Positions 54,858-64,000 of a DNA stretch of 64,000 nt are shown here, in pieces; the first letter of the stretch is position 1; the number at the start of each line of letters is the position of its first letter. Source of the DNA: Coxiellaceae bacterium (GTDB lineage: Bacteria; Pseudomonadota; Gammaproteobacteria; UBA9339); contig JAISGM010000003.1 of the NCBI GenBank assembly GCA_031263085.1, forward strand, positions 90,154 to 154,153, in the 5' to 3' direction. A program made the translations under genes and the position numbers. The notes under the pieces were generated by a model. It did no database searches. It was not told the origin of the DNA and saw only the letters and a list, made by a program, of their open reading frames with translations.

Positions 54858-56470
54858 GGTTTTTTTGCTAATTGTTCTAAAGTTTTATCGAAAATTTTAA
54901 TTTTTGCTTGTCCTATAAAACTATCTAGTAAAATTTGATATTCTAAATTTCCTAAAATTTCAGGCAGAGAATTAATAAATCCATCATCTATTGCGGAATT
55001 ATTTGTCGATGACACTTCGTAAACTCTGTCTAAACGAAACACCGCATAACCTGATTTATATTCAATAACTTTGACTGAAATTCTCTGTCCATTTGGTTTT
55101 ATAAGCCCAAAAACTTCTTCAACCAGTTTCTCTTTGTTATTATATTTAAATTTCGCGCCATTGATACGATTCCATACCAATTCATATTGTTTTTCAAGAT
55201 CTATTTCAGATCTACCATTATACAACTCTTGAAGCATTTCATTAGCCAGAGATAATGCCATTTTTTTTGCTTCCTGAATACGTAAAATACTGGAAATTCT
55301 ATCTTGTACTTGATCCAATGATTGAACACTTTTTGGTAAGTGATCTTTAATTCTCAAAACAATTACTCTATCAGAACTAAGCTCGATCAAATTACTATTG
55401 TATCTCTGTTTTAAAATTTGCTCACTAAAAGCAACTTGAATAATTTTAGGATTAGCTAGAATACCTTTCTTGCTACCAGCGTTAGTTATTAAGTCAGTAT
55501 TTTTAATTCTTAAATTCAAATCTTTTGCTGCAGGTTCTAGACTATCAGGATTGGTATATACCAAATCAGCCAACCTTTCTCTAGCAACAGCAAAAGCATG
55601 ACTTAATTGTTCGCGCTCATATAACCGTCTAACTTTAGCAATTACCTTTGAATACGGCTTAATTTTCTTATCTTTAATATCTTTAAAAGAATCAATATGG
55701 TCATGATAAAACTTCTTAAGCTGTCCCTCAGTAGGTTTAATGTTTATAGGTAAATCAGCGAATGAAAGTTCAAGATACTGAATACTAACTTTTTCTGGCA
55801 AAAAAAATTCATTTTGATGTTCAATGTAATATTTTTTAATAATCTCATCAGAAATCGATATGGTTTCAAAAAAACGCTCTGGTGTTACAATAAAATAACC
55901 AAAATCTCGTCGTTGTTTTGACATTTGCTCAACAAAAGCAATCTCATTTGGCAAAATAAAGGAGCTACCCATGACTCCCCTTTCTAATTGATCATACAAA
56001 ATAGCATGTGTAATTTCAGAAAAAAATACAGATTCTTGTCCGCGTAGTTTTAACATAATCTGCTGAAAACGTTCTGAGGAAAATTCGCCATTTACCTGAA
56101 AATAAGGTAAACCGCCGATGGTCGTCATCAATTGTTGTTTACAAACCTTTAAACCCAATTCGTTCTGGGCTTGAGAGATAATCTCCTGTCTAATTAAATT
56201 CTGTAATATACTCTGTTTAAGTTTTAATTGACTCTCTTTATTCAATAAAAAATCTGAACCTACTTTCATTATCTCATAATTCTTAGCGTCATCATAAGCT
56301 AACTGTAATTTTCTTTGAGAAATTTCCTTATTGTTAACTTTAGCTACCACTTGCTTATTACTACTACGTAAATAATTTTGCGCGCCCCACAAAGCAAAAG
56401 TTAAAGCTAGAATTATAGCAATAATCCAAGAAACCAAACCCTGAATTTTATCATGAATACTTTGCAACAT
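54854..56470 (-). CDS. ppiD: periplasmic chaperone PpiD (membrane-anchored, SurA-N-like)
   Basis: N-terminal anchor MLQSIHDKIQGLVSWIIAIILALTFALWG. The position downstream of hupB is the conserved hupB-ppiD synteny. At 538 aa it is shorter than E. coli PpiD. Confidence 0.75.
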   Translation of the reverse strand: MLQSIHDKIQGLVSWIIAIILALTFALWGAQNYLRSSNKQVVAKVNNKEISQRKLQLAYDDAKNYEIMKVGSDFLLNKESQLKLKQSILQNLIRQEIISQAQNELGLKVCKQQLMTTIGGLPYFQVNGEFSSERFQQIMLKLRGQESVFFSEITHAILYDQLERGVMGSSFILPNEIAFVEQMSKQRRDFGYFIVTPERFFETISISDEIIKKYYIEHQNEFFLPEKVSIQYLELSFADLPINIKPTEGQLKKFYHDHIDSFKDIKDKKIKPYSKVIAKVRRLYEREQLSHAFAVARERLADLVYTNPDSLEPAAKDLNLRIKNTDLITNAGSKKGILANPKIIQVAFSEQILKQRYNSNLIELSSDRVIVLRIKDHLPKSVQSLDQVQDRISSILRIQEAKKMALSLANEMLQELYNGRSEIDLEKQYELVWNRINGAKFKYNNKEKLVEEVFGLIKPNGQRISVKVIEYKSGYAVFRLDRVYEVSSTNNSAIDDGFINSLPEILGNLEYQILLDSFIGQAKIKIFDKTLEQLAKKP

Positions 56471-56496
56471 AAATTTTATAAAATTACAAATTTTAA

Positions 56497-56573
56497 TGGC
56501 GGAGCGGACGGGGATCGAACCCGCGACCTCCTACGTGACAGGCAGGCGTTCTAACCAGCTGAACTACCGCTCC
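56497..56573 (-). tRNA. tRNA-Asp (anticodon GTC)
   Basis: Reverse complement GGAGCGGTAGTTCAGCTGGTTAGAACGCCTGCCT-GTC-ACGTAGGAGGTCGCGGGTTCGATCCCCGTCCGCTCCGCCA. CCA is encoded. Confidence 0.9.
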
Positions 56574-56605
56574 AATAATAAATAACAACTCACCTCTCTT
56601 GATGA

Positions 56606-56678
56606 TGGGTGCTGAGGGATTCGAACCCACGACATTCGCCGTGTAAAGGCGACACTCTACCAACTGAGCTAAGCACCC
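56606..56678 (-). tRNA. tRNA-Val (anticodon TAC)
   Basis: Reverse complement GGGTGCTTAGCTCAGTTGGTAGAGTGTCGCCTT-TAC-ACGGCGAATGTCGTGGGTTCGAATCCCTCAGCACCCA. No CCA is encoded. Confidence 0.9.
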
Positions 56679-56766
56679 AGTGCATAAACTAAATTACAAA
56701 AAAAATAGAAAACTACAATTTATTCGTAAATTTTATATCGTAATTAAATCAAATCCCAGAAAACAG

Positions 56767-56803
56767 CTAAGCCCCAATATTTTATCATAAAATTGGGGCT
56801 TAG
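56767..56803 (-). terminator. intrinsic terminator after hupB
   Basis: Perfect 12-bp stem CTAAGCCCCAAT / ATTGGGGCTTAG with a 13-nt loop, followed on the minus strand by CTGTTTTCT. Confidence 0.65.
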
Positions 56804-56825
56804 TATGCTAGACTTAGAATATTAT

Positions 56826-57101
56826 TTACCTATTTACCTTTTCTTTAAGAAATTTGCCAGCCCTAAAACGAGGAACCTTTGCTGCTGAAATAGTAATCGT
56901 TTCTCCAGTTTGAGGATTACGACCAGTACGTTGCTTACGCTCACCTACAACAAAAGTACCAAAACCAACCAACGCAACCTCTTCACCATCGCCAAGTGTC
57001 TCGGTAATCGCATCAATTATTACATCTAGAACTCTACCAGTTGCGGCTTTAGAAAGCTCTGCATTCTTGGCAACAATTTCAATTAAATCTGTTTTATTCA
57101 T
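56826..57101 (-). CDS. hupB: DNA-binding protein HU
   Basis: [11 protein letters not shown]..., [38 protein letters not shown]. 91 aa. GGAGA SD. Confidence 0.95.
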   Translation of the reverse strand: MNKTDLIEIVAKNAELSKAATGRVLDVIIDAITETLGDGEEVALVGFGTFVVGERKQRTGRNPQTGETITISAAKVPRFRAGKFLKEKVNR

Positions 57102-57235
57102 ATATCTCCACCATTATTAACATTAAAATCCTCAAGCTACTCACATTAAACAAAAAACATCTAAGTTATATCAACACTAAAACTTATGGTCAAGAATTAT
57201 TACCATAGCTCATACAATTAACAACTATTACTATC

Positions 57236-58684
57236 TTAAAATACCGTGCCGCCGACAGTAAGTTCGGATATCTTTAAAGTGGGCTGTCCAACTCCTACTG
57301 GGATGTTTTGACCACTTTTTCCGCAAATACCCACTCCAGAATCTAATTCTAGATTATTTCCTACCATTACAACTTTATTCAAAATCTGCGGCCCATTACC
57401 AATTAATGTAGCCCCTTTTATTGGTTTGGTAATTTTTCCACGTTCAATTAAATATGCCTCACTAGTAGAAAACACGAATTCACCAGAAGTAATATCAACC
57501 TGCCCTCCAGTAAAATTTACCGCATAAATACCTTTATTTACCGAAGAAATAATTTCATCATGATTATATTTACCTGGAAGCATAAAAGTATTAGTCATAC
57601 GAGGAATAGGAACATCAGCATAAGAAGCGCGTCTACCATTTCCAGTAGAATGAGTATTCATTAATCGAGCATTCAATTTATCATACATATAACTACGCAA
57701 AATACCATTTTCAATCAACATTGTATGTTGAGTTGGAGTGCCTTCGTCATCAAAATTTAGCGAACCACGGCGTCCATTAGATAAATTTCCCTGATCAACA
57801 ATCGATATCTGCGATGATGCGACTTGTTCACCTATTCTTCCAGTATAAATTGAATGCTTTTTACGATTAAAATCTGCCTCTAAACCATGTCCTACAGCCT
57901 CATGCAACATAACCGCAGGAAACCCTGCACTCAATACTACTGGCATCAATCCTGCAGGTGCAGGAACAGCATTTAGATTAACTAATGCTATTCTTACAGC
58001 CTCTTTAGCGTATCTGGAGTATAATTTTTCTTGTAAAAAAACCTCATAACCAGATCTCTTGCCACCTCCATAATTGCCGTATTCTTTGTGTCCATTTTCT
58101 GCTACCAATACTGAAACGTTTAGATGAACCAATGGCCTAATATCAGCAATCAAAATATCATTACTAGTGACCATCAATATAACAGTATACATTCCAGTTA
58201 AATTAACATTAACCTGAACCACTCGCGGATCACATTTACGTGCTTCATTATCTATTTCTTTTAACAACTTAATTTTCTGACTTTCAGATAAAGTAGATAA
58301 TGGATTCAATTTTGGATACAACTGTTGGCAAGTAGTATTTTCAGATTTGATATGGATTATGTTAGTATTCTTATAATTCGCAATTTTAGCAACAGATATT
58401 GCCGCTTCCATCATATCTATTAACTTAAAACCAGTAGCACAAGCAAATCCGATTGAATCATCACAAACAGCTCTAACACCAAATCCCTGTTCAATATTAA
58501 ATTCTCCTTTTTTAATTAATCCATCCTCTAGATTCCAAGTCTCACTTTGAGAATATTGTAAATATACATCAGAATCATCAATACCAGGACGCATAATCTT
58601 AGAAATAACCTTATTTAAATCGTTATCAATTAATCCCCATGGGGCCAATAATATTTTACTAGCAATATCTAAAGATGAATTCAT
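57236..58684 (-). CDS. tldD: metalloprotease TldD
   Basis: HEAVGHGLEADF motif, PmbA/TldD fold. 482 aa. Confidence 0.9.
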   Translation of the reverse strand: MNSSLDIASKILLAPWGLIDNDLNKVISKIMRPGIDDSDVYLQYSQSETWNLEDGLIKKGEFNIEQGFGVRAVCDDSIGFACATGFKLIDMMEAAISVAKIANYKNTNIIHIKSENTTCQQLYPKLNPLSTLSESQKIKLLKEIDNEARKCDPRVVQVNVNLTGMYTVILMVTSNDILIADIRPLVHLNVSVLVAENGHKEYGNYGGGKRSGYEVFLQEKLYSRYAKEAVRIALVNLNAVPAPAGLMPVVLSAGFPAVMLHEAVGHGLEADFNRKKHSIYTGRIGEQVASSQISIVDQGNLSNGRRGSLNFDDEGTPTQHTMLIENGILRSYMYDKLNARLMNTHSTGNGRRASYADVPIPRMTNTFMLPGKYNHDEIISSVNKGIYAVNFTGGQVDITSGEFVFSTSEAYLIERGKITKPIKGATLIGNGPQILNKVVMVGNNLELDSGVGICGKSGQNIPVGVGQPTLKISELTVGGTVF

Positions 58685-59358
58685 ATCAACTTACCATCTG
58701 TTAGCATTAAAACTCGTGCCATTTTCTGAATAATTGTAAGATCATGGGTAACTATTACAAAAGCAATATTGAACTCATTTTTAAGTTTAAAAATCAATTC
58801 ATAAATTTGTAAAGCTGTTTTATAATCTAGATTACCGGTAGGTTCGTCTACCAAAACACATTTCGGTCGATTTACTAAAGCACGAGCGATTGCTATCCTC
58901 TGTCTCTCACCACCTGATAATTTACCTATACAATATTCCTCTTTTTTCATTAAACCAATTAATTCTAACATCTCACGAGCTTTAATAACTGCCATACTAG
59001 AACTAGTACCACCAATCAATAATGGCATAGCAATATTTTCTAACGCTGAAAATTCAGGTAATAAATAGTGAAATTGATAAACAAATCCCAGAGATTTATT
59101 ACGAAAAGTGCTTTTATCTTCTTCTGTAAGATCATGAATATTGACTCCTGAAATTCTAACAGTTCCATTTGTAGGAACATCTAATCCTCCTAAAATATGA
59201 AGCAAAGTGCTTTTACCTGAACCTGATGGACCAATAATTGTAACAATTTCACCAGGCATTACTTCTAAATTAACATCGTTCAAAATTTTAGTTTTGAAAT
59301 TACTTTGCCCTTCGATAAAAACTTTAGTAAGATTACACGCTGCAATAATTGGTTTCAT
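58681..59358 (-). CDS. lolD: lipoprotein-releasing ABC transporter ATP-binding protein LolD
   Basis: Walker A GPSGSGKST, LSGGERQR, LVDEPTGNLD. It follows the Lol permease gene. Confidence 0.9.
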   Translation of the reverse strand: MKPIIAACNLTKVFIEGQSNFKTKILNDVNLEVMPGEIVTIIGPSGSGKSTLLHILGGLDVPTNGTVRISGVNIHDLTEEDKSTFRNKSLGFVYQFHYLLPEFSALENIAMPLLIGGTSSSMAVIKAREMLELIGLMKKEEYCIGKLSGGERQRIAIARALVNRPKCVLVDEPTGNLDYKTALQIYELIFKLKNEFNIAFVIVTHDLTIIQKMARVLMLTDGKLI

Positions 59359-59370
59359 AAATCAACCGCT

Positions 59371-60621
59371 TTATTCATAACGTAAAGCACAAGCTGGTTC
59401 AATTTTAGCGGCACGCCAAGCCGGATAAATAGTGGCCAATAAACTCATACTTAAAGTAATTATTCCAACTAACCAAACATTGGCAATGTCTAATTTTGAT
59501 GGAAGATAATCAATATAATATATCCATGCTGGAATAAAATGTGCATTAAAAACCCTTTCAAGCATAGTCACCAAATATGGAGCGTTTAATGCTAACAAAA
59601 TCCCGGAACCAACACCCAATAAAGTACCAAACACACCAATCACCCCACCCTGCACTATAAAAATTCCCATTATCATTTTCGGCGTAGCCCCTAAAGTACG
59701 AAGAATAGCAATGTCAGATTGTTTATCGGATACAGTCATAACTAAACTAGAAACTAAATTAAAAGCTGCTACTGCAATAATAAATGATAACACAACAAAC
59801 ATCATGGTTTTTTCCATTCTAATAGCCTTAAAAAGAGATCCGTACTGATATGTCCAGTTAACAACAATACATTCTTCTCCAAGACTCTCAGTGAGCTCCT
59901 GTGAGATCAACGGAGCAGTATATAAATCTCTAAGCTTTAAATTAATTCCTGTAATCATATTCTTTAAGCCAAATATTTTTTGAGCATCATGAAGATTAAT
60001 GAATGCTACTGTACTATCATATCCAAATCCCTCTCCAACATTAAAAATTCCAACAACAACAAATCTCTTTAAGCGCGGTTCCAAACCAGTTGCAGTCATA
60101 GCAGCATGAGGAATTATCAAAATAACTTTATCACCGACTTCTGCCCCCAAAATTGCCGCAAGTTCTCGACCGATTACTATACCAAACAAACCTGATTTAA
60201 GCTTAAACATCGAACCTTGTATTAAAGTATTATGTATATTAGAAATGCACGACTCTTTTGAAGGAAGAATGCCCTCAAGCATTACTCCGCTAGCCCGTCC
60301 ATCTTTAACTAACATCCCTTGACCTGACACAAAAGGAGCACTAGCAATAATCTCTTTTTTTTTATTCAATTCCTGTCTTATCTCATGATATATATTAAGA
60401 TTCCCGTTGACACCAGTAATCGTAACTTGACGAGCCACACTTAAAATTCGATTACGAATCTCATAATCAAAACCATTCATCACAGACAAAACTGTAATCA
60501 GCACTGTAATTCCCAGAGCAATTCCTAGCATTGATGTAAGCGAAACAAAAGAAACAAAATGATTCTTTTTTTTTGCTCTGATGTAACGCAATCCAATATA
60601 AAATTCTACTGGTTTAAACAT
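59371..60621 (-). CDS. lipoprotein-releasing system permease (LolC/LolE/LolF family); the only copy at this locus
   Basis: MacB/FtsX-type topology: TM1, a large periplasmic domain and 3 C-terminal TM helices. N-terminus FYIGLRYIRAKKKNHFVSF. 416 aa. Confidence 0.9.
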   Translation of the reverse strand: MFKPVEFYIGLRYIRAKKKNHFVSFVSLTSMLGIALGITVLITVLSVMNGFDYEIRNRILSVARQVTITGVNGNLNIYHEIRQELNKKKEIIASAPFVSGQGMLVKDGRASGVMLEGILPSKESCISNIHNTLIQGSMFKLKSGLFGIVIGRELAAILGAEVGDKVILIIPHAAMTATGLEPRLKRFVVVGIFNVGEGFGYDSTVAFINLHDAQKIFGLKNMITGINLKLRDLYTAPLISQELTESLGEECIVVNWTYQYGSLFKAIRMEKTMMFVVLSFIIAVAAFNLVSSLVMTVSDKQSDIAILRTLGATPKMIMGIFIVQGGVIGVFGTLLGVGSGILLALNAPYLVTMLERVFNAHFIPAWIYYIDYLPSKLDIANVWLVGIITLSMSLLATIYPAWRAAKIEPACALRYE

Positions 60622-60694
60622 TAAATTAATTTTAACCTATAAAAAAATAAAAAATTAATTACATAACTTTACACTTATATAGTCATGTTAATTA

Positions 60695-61717
60695 CTATCT
60701 TTCAATTGTCAAATGACTTCGTACAAGCTCTCCTTGATTTGTTTGAACAGACATCAACGAAATTTCTCCACACAAAACTGTAGCTGCAGCTATTAAAGCA
60801 AGTGCTTGAGAATTAAAAATATAATCATCTGATCTTAAAATATCTATGATTTTAAAATTCTCCTGAATACTAGCTAATTTTTTATTACCCCCAATTGAAC
60901 CGATAATAATATTAGGTAAAGTTACCGAAAAATATAAATCATCATGTCTTACTTCGGCATAAGTAAACCCTTGAGACCCCTCAACAAGATTAGCTGCATC
61001 CTGAGCTAGCGCCAAATAAAATGCTAATAACATATTAGCGAAATGAGCATTAGCAGTTCTTACTCCACCAGAAATAATTGAACCAATGAGATTTTTTTTA
61101 ATATTTAGATCGACAATTTTTTCTGGGGAGGATTTTAATTCTTTCTCACAAAGCAAACGGGGTATCAAAACTTCAGAAATTACATATTTACCTCTGCCAA
61201 GAATACCATTCACTGCCGAATTTTTTTTATCAACACAATAATTACCAGAAATCGAAACATATTTTAATTGTGGAAATTTAGCTAATATCCAACTCTGCAA
61301 TATCCCTGCAGCCTTGGTAGACATATTATGACCAGCAGCACCACCGGTAGTAAAAGTAAATCTCAGATAAATTAAATTAGCTACAATTTGGGCATGCCAA
61401 TTTTTGAGTTGAGTGAATCTACTATTTTTTATAGTAATTTCTTCTAATTCTTTTTGAAAACATTTCAAATTATTTATTATTTGGAGTGCATCAAGAGCGC
61501 TTTCAGCTTCAACCAATATAGATCTTGTCATACAATCTTGTACTAATACAGTTTTAATACCTCCTGCTTTTCTAGTTATACGAGCACCTCGCCCTACGGA
61601 AAACCACAGTGGTTTTTCAAAAGTAGCCAGGGGAACCCTAATATCTCCGGTAAAATTATCACTGATAATTTTAATTGGACCAACTACTCTTGTAGGAATC
61701 ATGGTATGCATAATCAC
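60695..61717 (-). CDS. compact, divergent class-I HMG-CoA reductase-like protein
   Basis: Collinear with the class-I HMGR catalytic core: VPLATFEKPLWFS (cf. PMATTEGCLVAS), TGGAAGHNM (cf. TGDAMGMNM), YCVDKKNSAVN...GRGKYV, AQDAAN, IGSIGGNK (cf. GTVGGGT), GEISLMS...LVRSH. It lacks the N-terminal ENVIG segment. GTG start (ATGs lie 2 and 5 codons in). Confidence 0.65.
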   Translation of the reverse strand: MIMHTMIPTRVVGPIKIISDNFTGDIRVPLATFEKPLWFSVGRGARITRKAGGIKTVLVQDCMTRSILVEAESALDALQIINNLKCFQKELEEITIKNSRFTQLKNWHAQIVANLIYLRFTFTTGGAAGHNMSTKAAGILQSWILAKFPQLKYVSISGNYCVDKKNSAVNGILGRGKYVISEVLIPRLLCEKELKSSPEKIVDLNIKKNLIGSIISGGVRTANAHFANMLLAFYLALAQDAANLVEGSQGFTYAEVRHDDLYFSVTLPNIIIGSIGGNKKLASIQENFKIIDILRSDDYIFNSQALALIAAATVLCGEISLMSVQTNQGELVRSHLTIER

Positions 61718-62241
61718 ATTACTCCAAACACACTTAATTAATGTTAAGTCAAGCTATATAGCCATTTATTATTCTTAATTAAGAACTCATACAACCTATA
61801 ACAAATTATTTCTCTTGAACACTAAAGTATCTCTGAACGCTGCTGAACATTACCTGATAGATTTATTTTTCCTTGAAACATCGGTGATGACTGTATCACA
61901 ATTTACGTTACTTCACTATCAGAATAAATAAATGAGAAATATATACTAGTATTAAATGAATGCTATCTTTTTGCATTTTTAGAAAAAAATTATATTTAAT
62001 GAATATGACAGTCATAGTTATAAAATATGGATCGCACTTCAAATTAAAGATTTGTATTCTTACTCAAACATGTCAGATAAATTCATACTCGTTGCATATT
62101 AAAATTAGAAGAATTAACTTTTCATCTTGGTTGTATTAGTGTACATACCTATAAATATATTAGGATATTAATAACTACAAATACAATAATTATATTAAGA
62201 TTGATGAAATATTATTTAACTTACTTCACTAATAAAAAATT

Positions 62242-62916
62242 ATGGAATTTAACATAAGCACCATTCGAATGAAAAAACTAGCGGCCACGGCAGTACTAAA
62301 ATACATTCAAGGAAATTCTATAATTGGAATTGGTACTGGATCTACAATAAATTATTTCATTGATGCCTTAGTTCCACTAAAAGATAAAATTACTGGAGTC
62401 GTTGCCAGTTCTAAAGTTACTGCAATTAAATTGCAAGCACTAGGTTTTCAACTTATTGATCCAAATTCCATTAAAGAGATTCCTCTTTATATAGATAGCG
62501 CTGATGAGATTAATGATAACTTGCAAATGATTAAAGGAGGGGGAGCAGCCTTAACTGGTGAAAAAATTATTGCAGCTACAGCTAAACGGTTTATTTGTAT
62601 TGCCGATATTAACAAAAAAGTTAAAATCTTAGGTAAGCACCCATTACCGATAGAGGTTATTCCAATAGCACGAAACTTTGTTTCTCGTTCGATAATAAAA
62701 CTTGGTGGATTTCCAATTTATCGACCAGGAGTAGTAACTAGCTACGGTAATATCATTTTAGATATCTGGAACTTAGAAATTTCGGAACCTATAAAACTCG
62801 AACAAACTCTCAATAACATTAACGGAATAGTTACTAATGGCTTATTCGCCATCAATCCAGCTGATATTTTGTTATTAGGAACCGTGGATGACGTTATTAC
62901 AATATATCGTAATTAA
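62242..62916 (+). CDS. rpiA: ribose-5-phosphate isomerase A
   Basis: IGIGTGSTINYFIDAL, YIDSADEI, MIKGGGAALTGEKI, PIEVIP. 224 aa. Confidence 0.95.
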   Translation: MEFNISTIRMKKLAATAVLKYIQGNSIIGIGTGSTINYFIDALVPLKDKITGVVASSKVTAIKLQALGFQLIDPNSIKEIPLYIDSADEINDNLQMIKGGGAALTGEKIIAATAKRFICIADINKKVKILGKHPLPIEVIPIARNFVSRSIIKLGGFPIYRPGVVTSYGNIILDIWNLEISEPIKLEQTLNNINGIVTNGLFAINPADILLLGTVDDVITIYRN

Positions 62917-62993
62917 TTTTTGCTACGCACATGTATCATATTAAGGCAATAATTTTCTTTTTCATAAATCATCATATTGAATTAATTACTTGA

Positions 62994-63368
62994 TTATTTT
63001 TCAATATTATTGCGGTCAAGTAACTCTACGAGAGCAATAGGTGATTTGTCGCCAACACGAAAACCGCATTTGAGAATACGCAGATAACCTCCTGCTCGAT
63101 TTTTATAACGAGGACCCAAATTAGTAAACAGTTTACCAATTGCAATATTGTCACGCAGACGATTAAAAACTAAACGACGATTATGAACAGTATCTATTCT
63201 AGCTAAAGTAATTATAGGCTCCATCACTCTACGTAATTCTTTTGCTTTAGCTAAAGTGGTTTTTATTATTTCTCTTTTAACCAATGAAACAATCATATTC
63301 TTAAACATCGCTTTGCGATGACTACTATTTCTACTCAACCCTCTATTACTACTATTGCCATGACGCAT
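62994..63368 (-). CDS. rplQ: 50S ribosomal protein L17
   Basis: [25 protein letters not shown]..., GGYLRILK. It follows rpoA. Confidence 0.95.
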   Translation of the reverse strand: MRHGNSSNRGLSRNSSHRKAMFKNMIVSLVKREIIKTTLAKAKELRRVMEPIITLARIDTVHNRRLVFNRLRDNIAIGKLFTNLGPRYKNRAGGYLRILKCGFRVGDKSPIALVELLDRNNIEK

Positions 63369-63375
63369 AAATTAC

Positions 63376-64000
63376 CTACTTTTTTTCATCTGCCGTTATC
63401 AAATTTAATTCAGAATCAATTTTTGGTGGCTCCAAACCTAAAGGCGGCCATCCTTCTATCTTCATACCTAAAGACAATCCACGAGTAGTTAAAACAGTTT
63501 TAATTTCATTAAGAGATTTCTTGCCTAGATTCGGTGTTCTAAGTAAACTAATTTCATCGCGCTGCACTAAATCACCGATAAAAAATATATTCTCCCCCTT
63601 AAGACAATTAGCAGAACGCACAGTCAACTCTAAATCATCTACAGGTCTAAGTAAAAGAGGATTCATTTCGTCAGTTTTTTCTTCAATCTTTGGTTCTCCA
63701 GATTTCTTAAGTTCAACAAAAACTTCTAGCTGATGTTGTAAAATAGTAGCACAAGCACGAATTGCTTCCTCTGGATCCAAAGTACCATTGGTTTCTATAT
63801 TAATAATTAACTTATCAAGGTCAGTACGTTTTTCTACTCGAGCATTTTCAACATGACAAGAAACTTGTCTTACTGGACTAAAAGATGCATCAATCAATAA
63901 TTGACCAACTATACGCCCCTTAGTTTCTTCCATAGAAATAATACTAGCTGGTTGATAACCCCTACCTAAAGCTACTGTTATTCTCATATCTAACTTACCG
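63376..64000 (-). CDS. rpoA: DNA-directed RNA polymerase alpha subunit, C-terminal ~208 codons; the gene continues beyond the window edge
   Basis: [31 protein letters not shown], alpha-[22 protein letters not shown]...[16 protein letters not shown]. The frame is open from the track ATG (63987) to the window end. Confidence 0.95.
   Translation of the reverse strand, partial: GKLDMRITVALGRGYQPASIISMEETKGRIVGQLLIDASFSPVRQVSCHVENARVEKRTDLDKLIINIETNGTLDPEEAIRACATILQHQLEVFVELKKSGEPKIEEKTDEMNPLLLRPVDDLELTVRSANCLKGENIFFIGDLVQRDEISLLRTPNLGKKSLNEIKTVLTTRGLSLGMKIEGWPPLGLEPPKIDSELNLITADEKK

Overview
This is an AT-rich gammaproteobacterial chromosome segment. Hand counts of a few 60-nt lines gave about 27-47% G+C inside genes and visibly less between genes. 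It is densely packed with core housekeeping genes: about 55 CDS and 8 tRNA genes. I saw no rRNA, no transposase, integrase or phage genes, no CRISPR array, and no recognisable defence or toxin-antitoxin module. Typical gammaproteobacterial synteny blocks are present: tgt-yajC-secD-secF, coaE-zapD, DUF2066-hda, fimV-like-truA, smc...ligA, hupB-tRNA-tRNA-ppiD, lolC-lolD and rpoA-rplQ. SMC, a DedA-PAP2-LssY-like fusion, a fused folKP and a single Lol permease suggest a Legionellales- or Francisella-like, probably host-associated lineage. That placement is inference only. Several ORF-free AT-rich spacers of 400-650 bp sit where relatives carry genes, which suggests ongoing gene loss. I did not find a convincing new multi-gene system. 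The items most worth a second look are: (1) a membrane-protein ORF with no stop codon before tRNA-Leu(UAG), so it is translated into the tRNA gene; (2) an unannotated 41-codon lysine-rich ORF with a strong SD and downstream hairpins; (3) a folate cluster (tadA-folA-folKP, with a divergent CofE-family ligase) resembling the Chlamydia-type FolC2 arrangement; (4) a split methionine synthase module (metF, a stand-alone reactivation domain with a CxxCxxCxxC tail, and an ~788-aa MetH core), next to a binding-protein-less ABC transporter with a duplicated permease; (5) an orphan, compact, motif-divergent class-I HMG-CoA-reductase-like gene; (6) a near-perfect ~70-bp tandem duplication covering the start of an MFS transporter gene. 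Several ORF-track starts are TTG/GTG extensions. I give the ATG start that fits family alignment where I could justify it.
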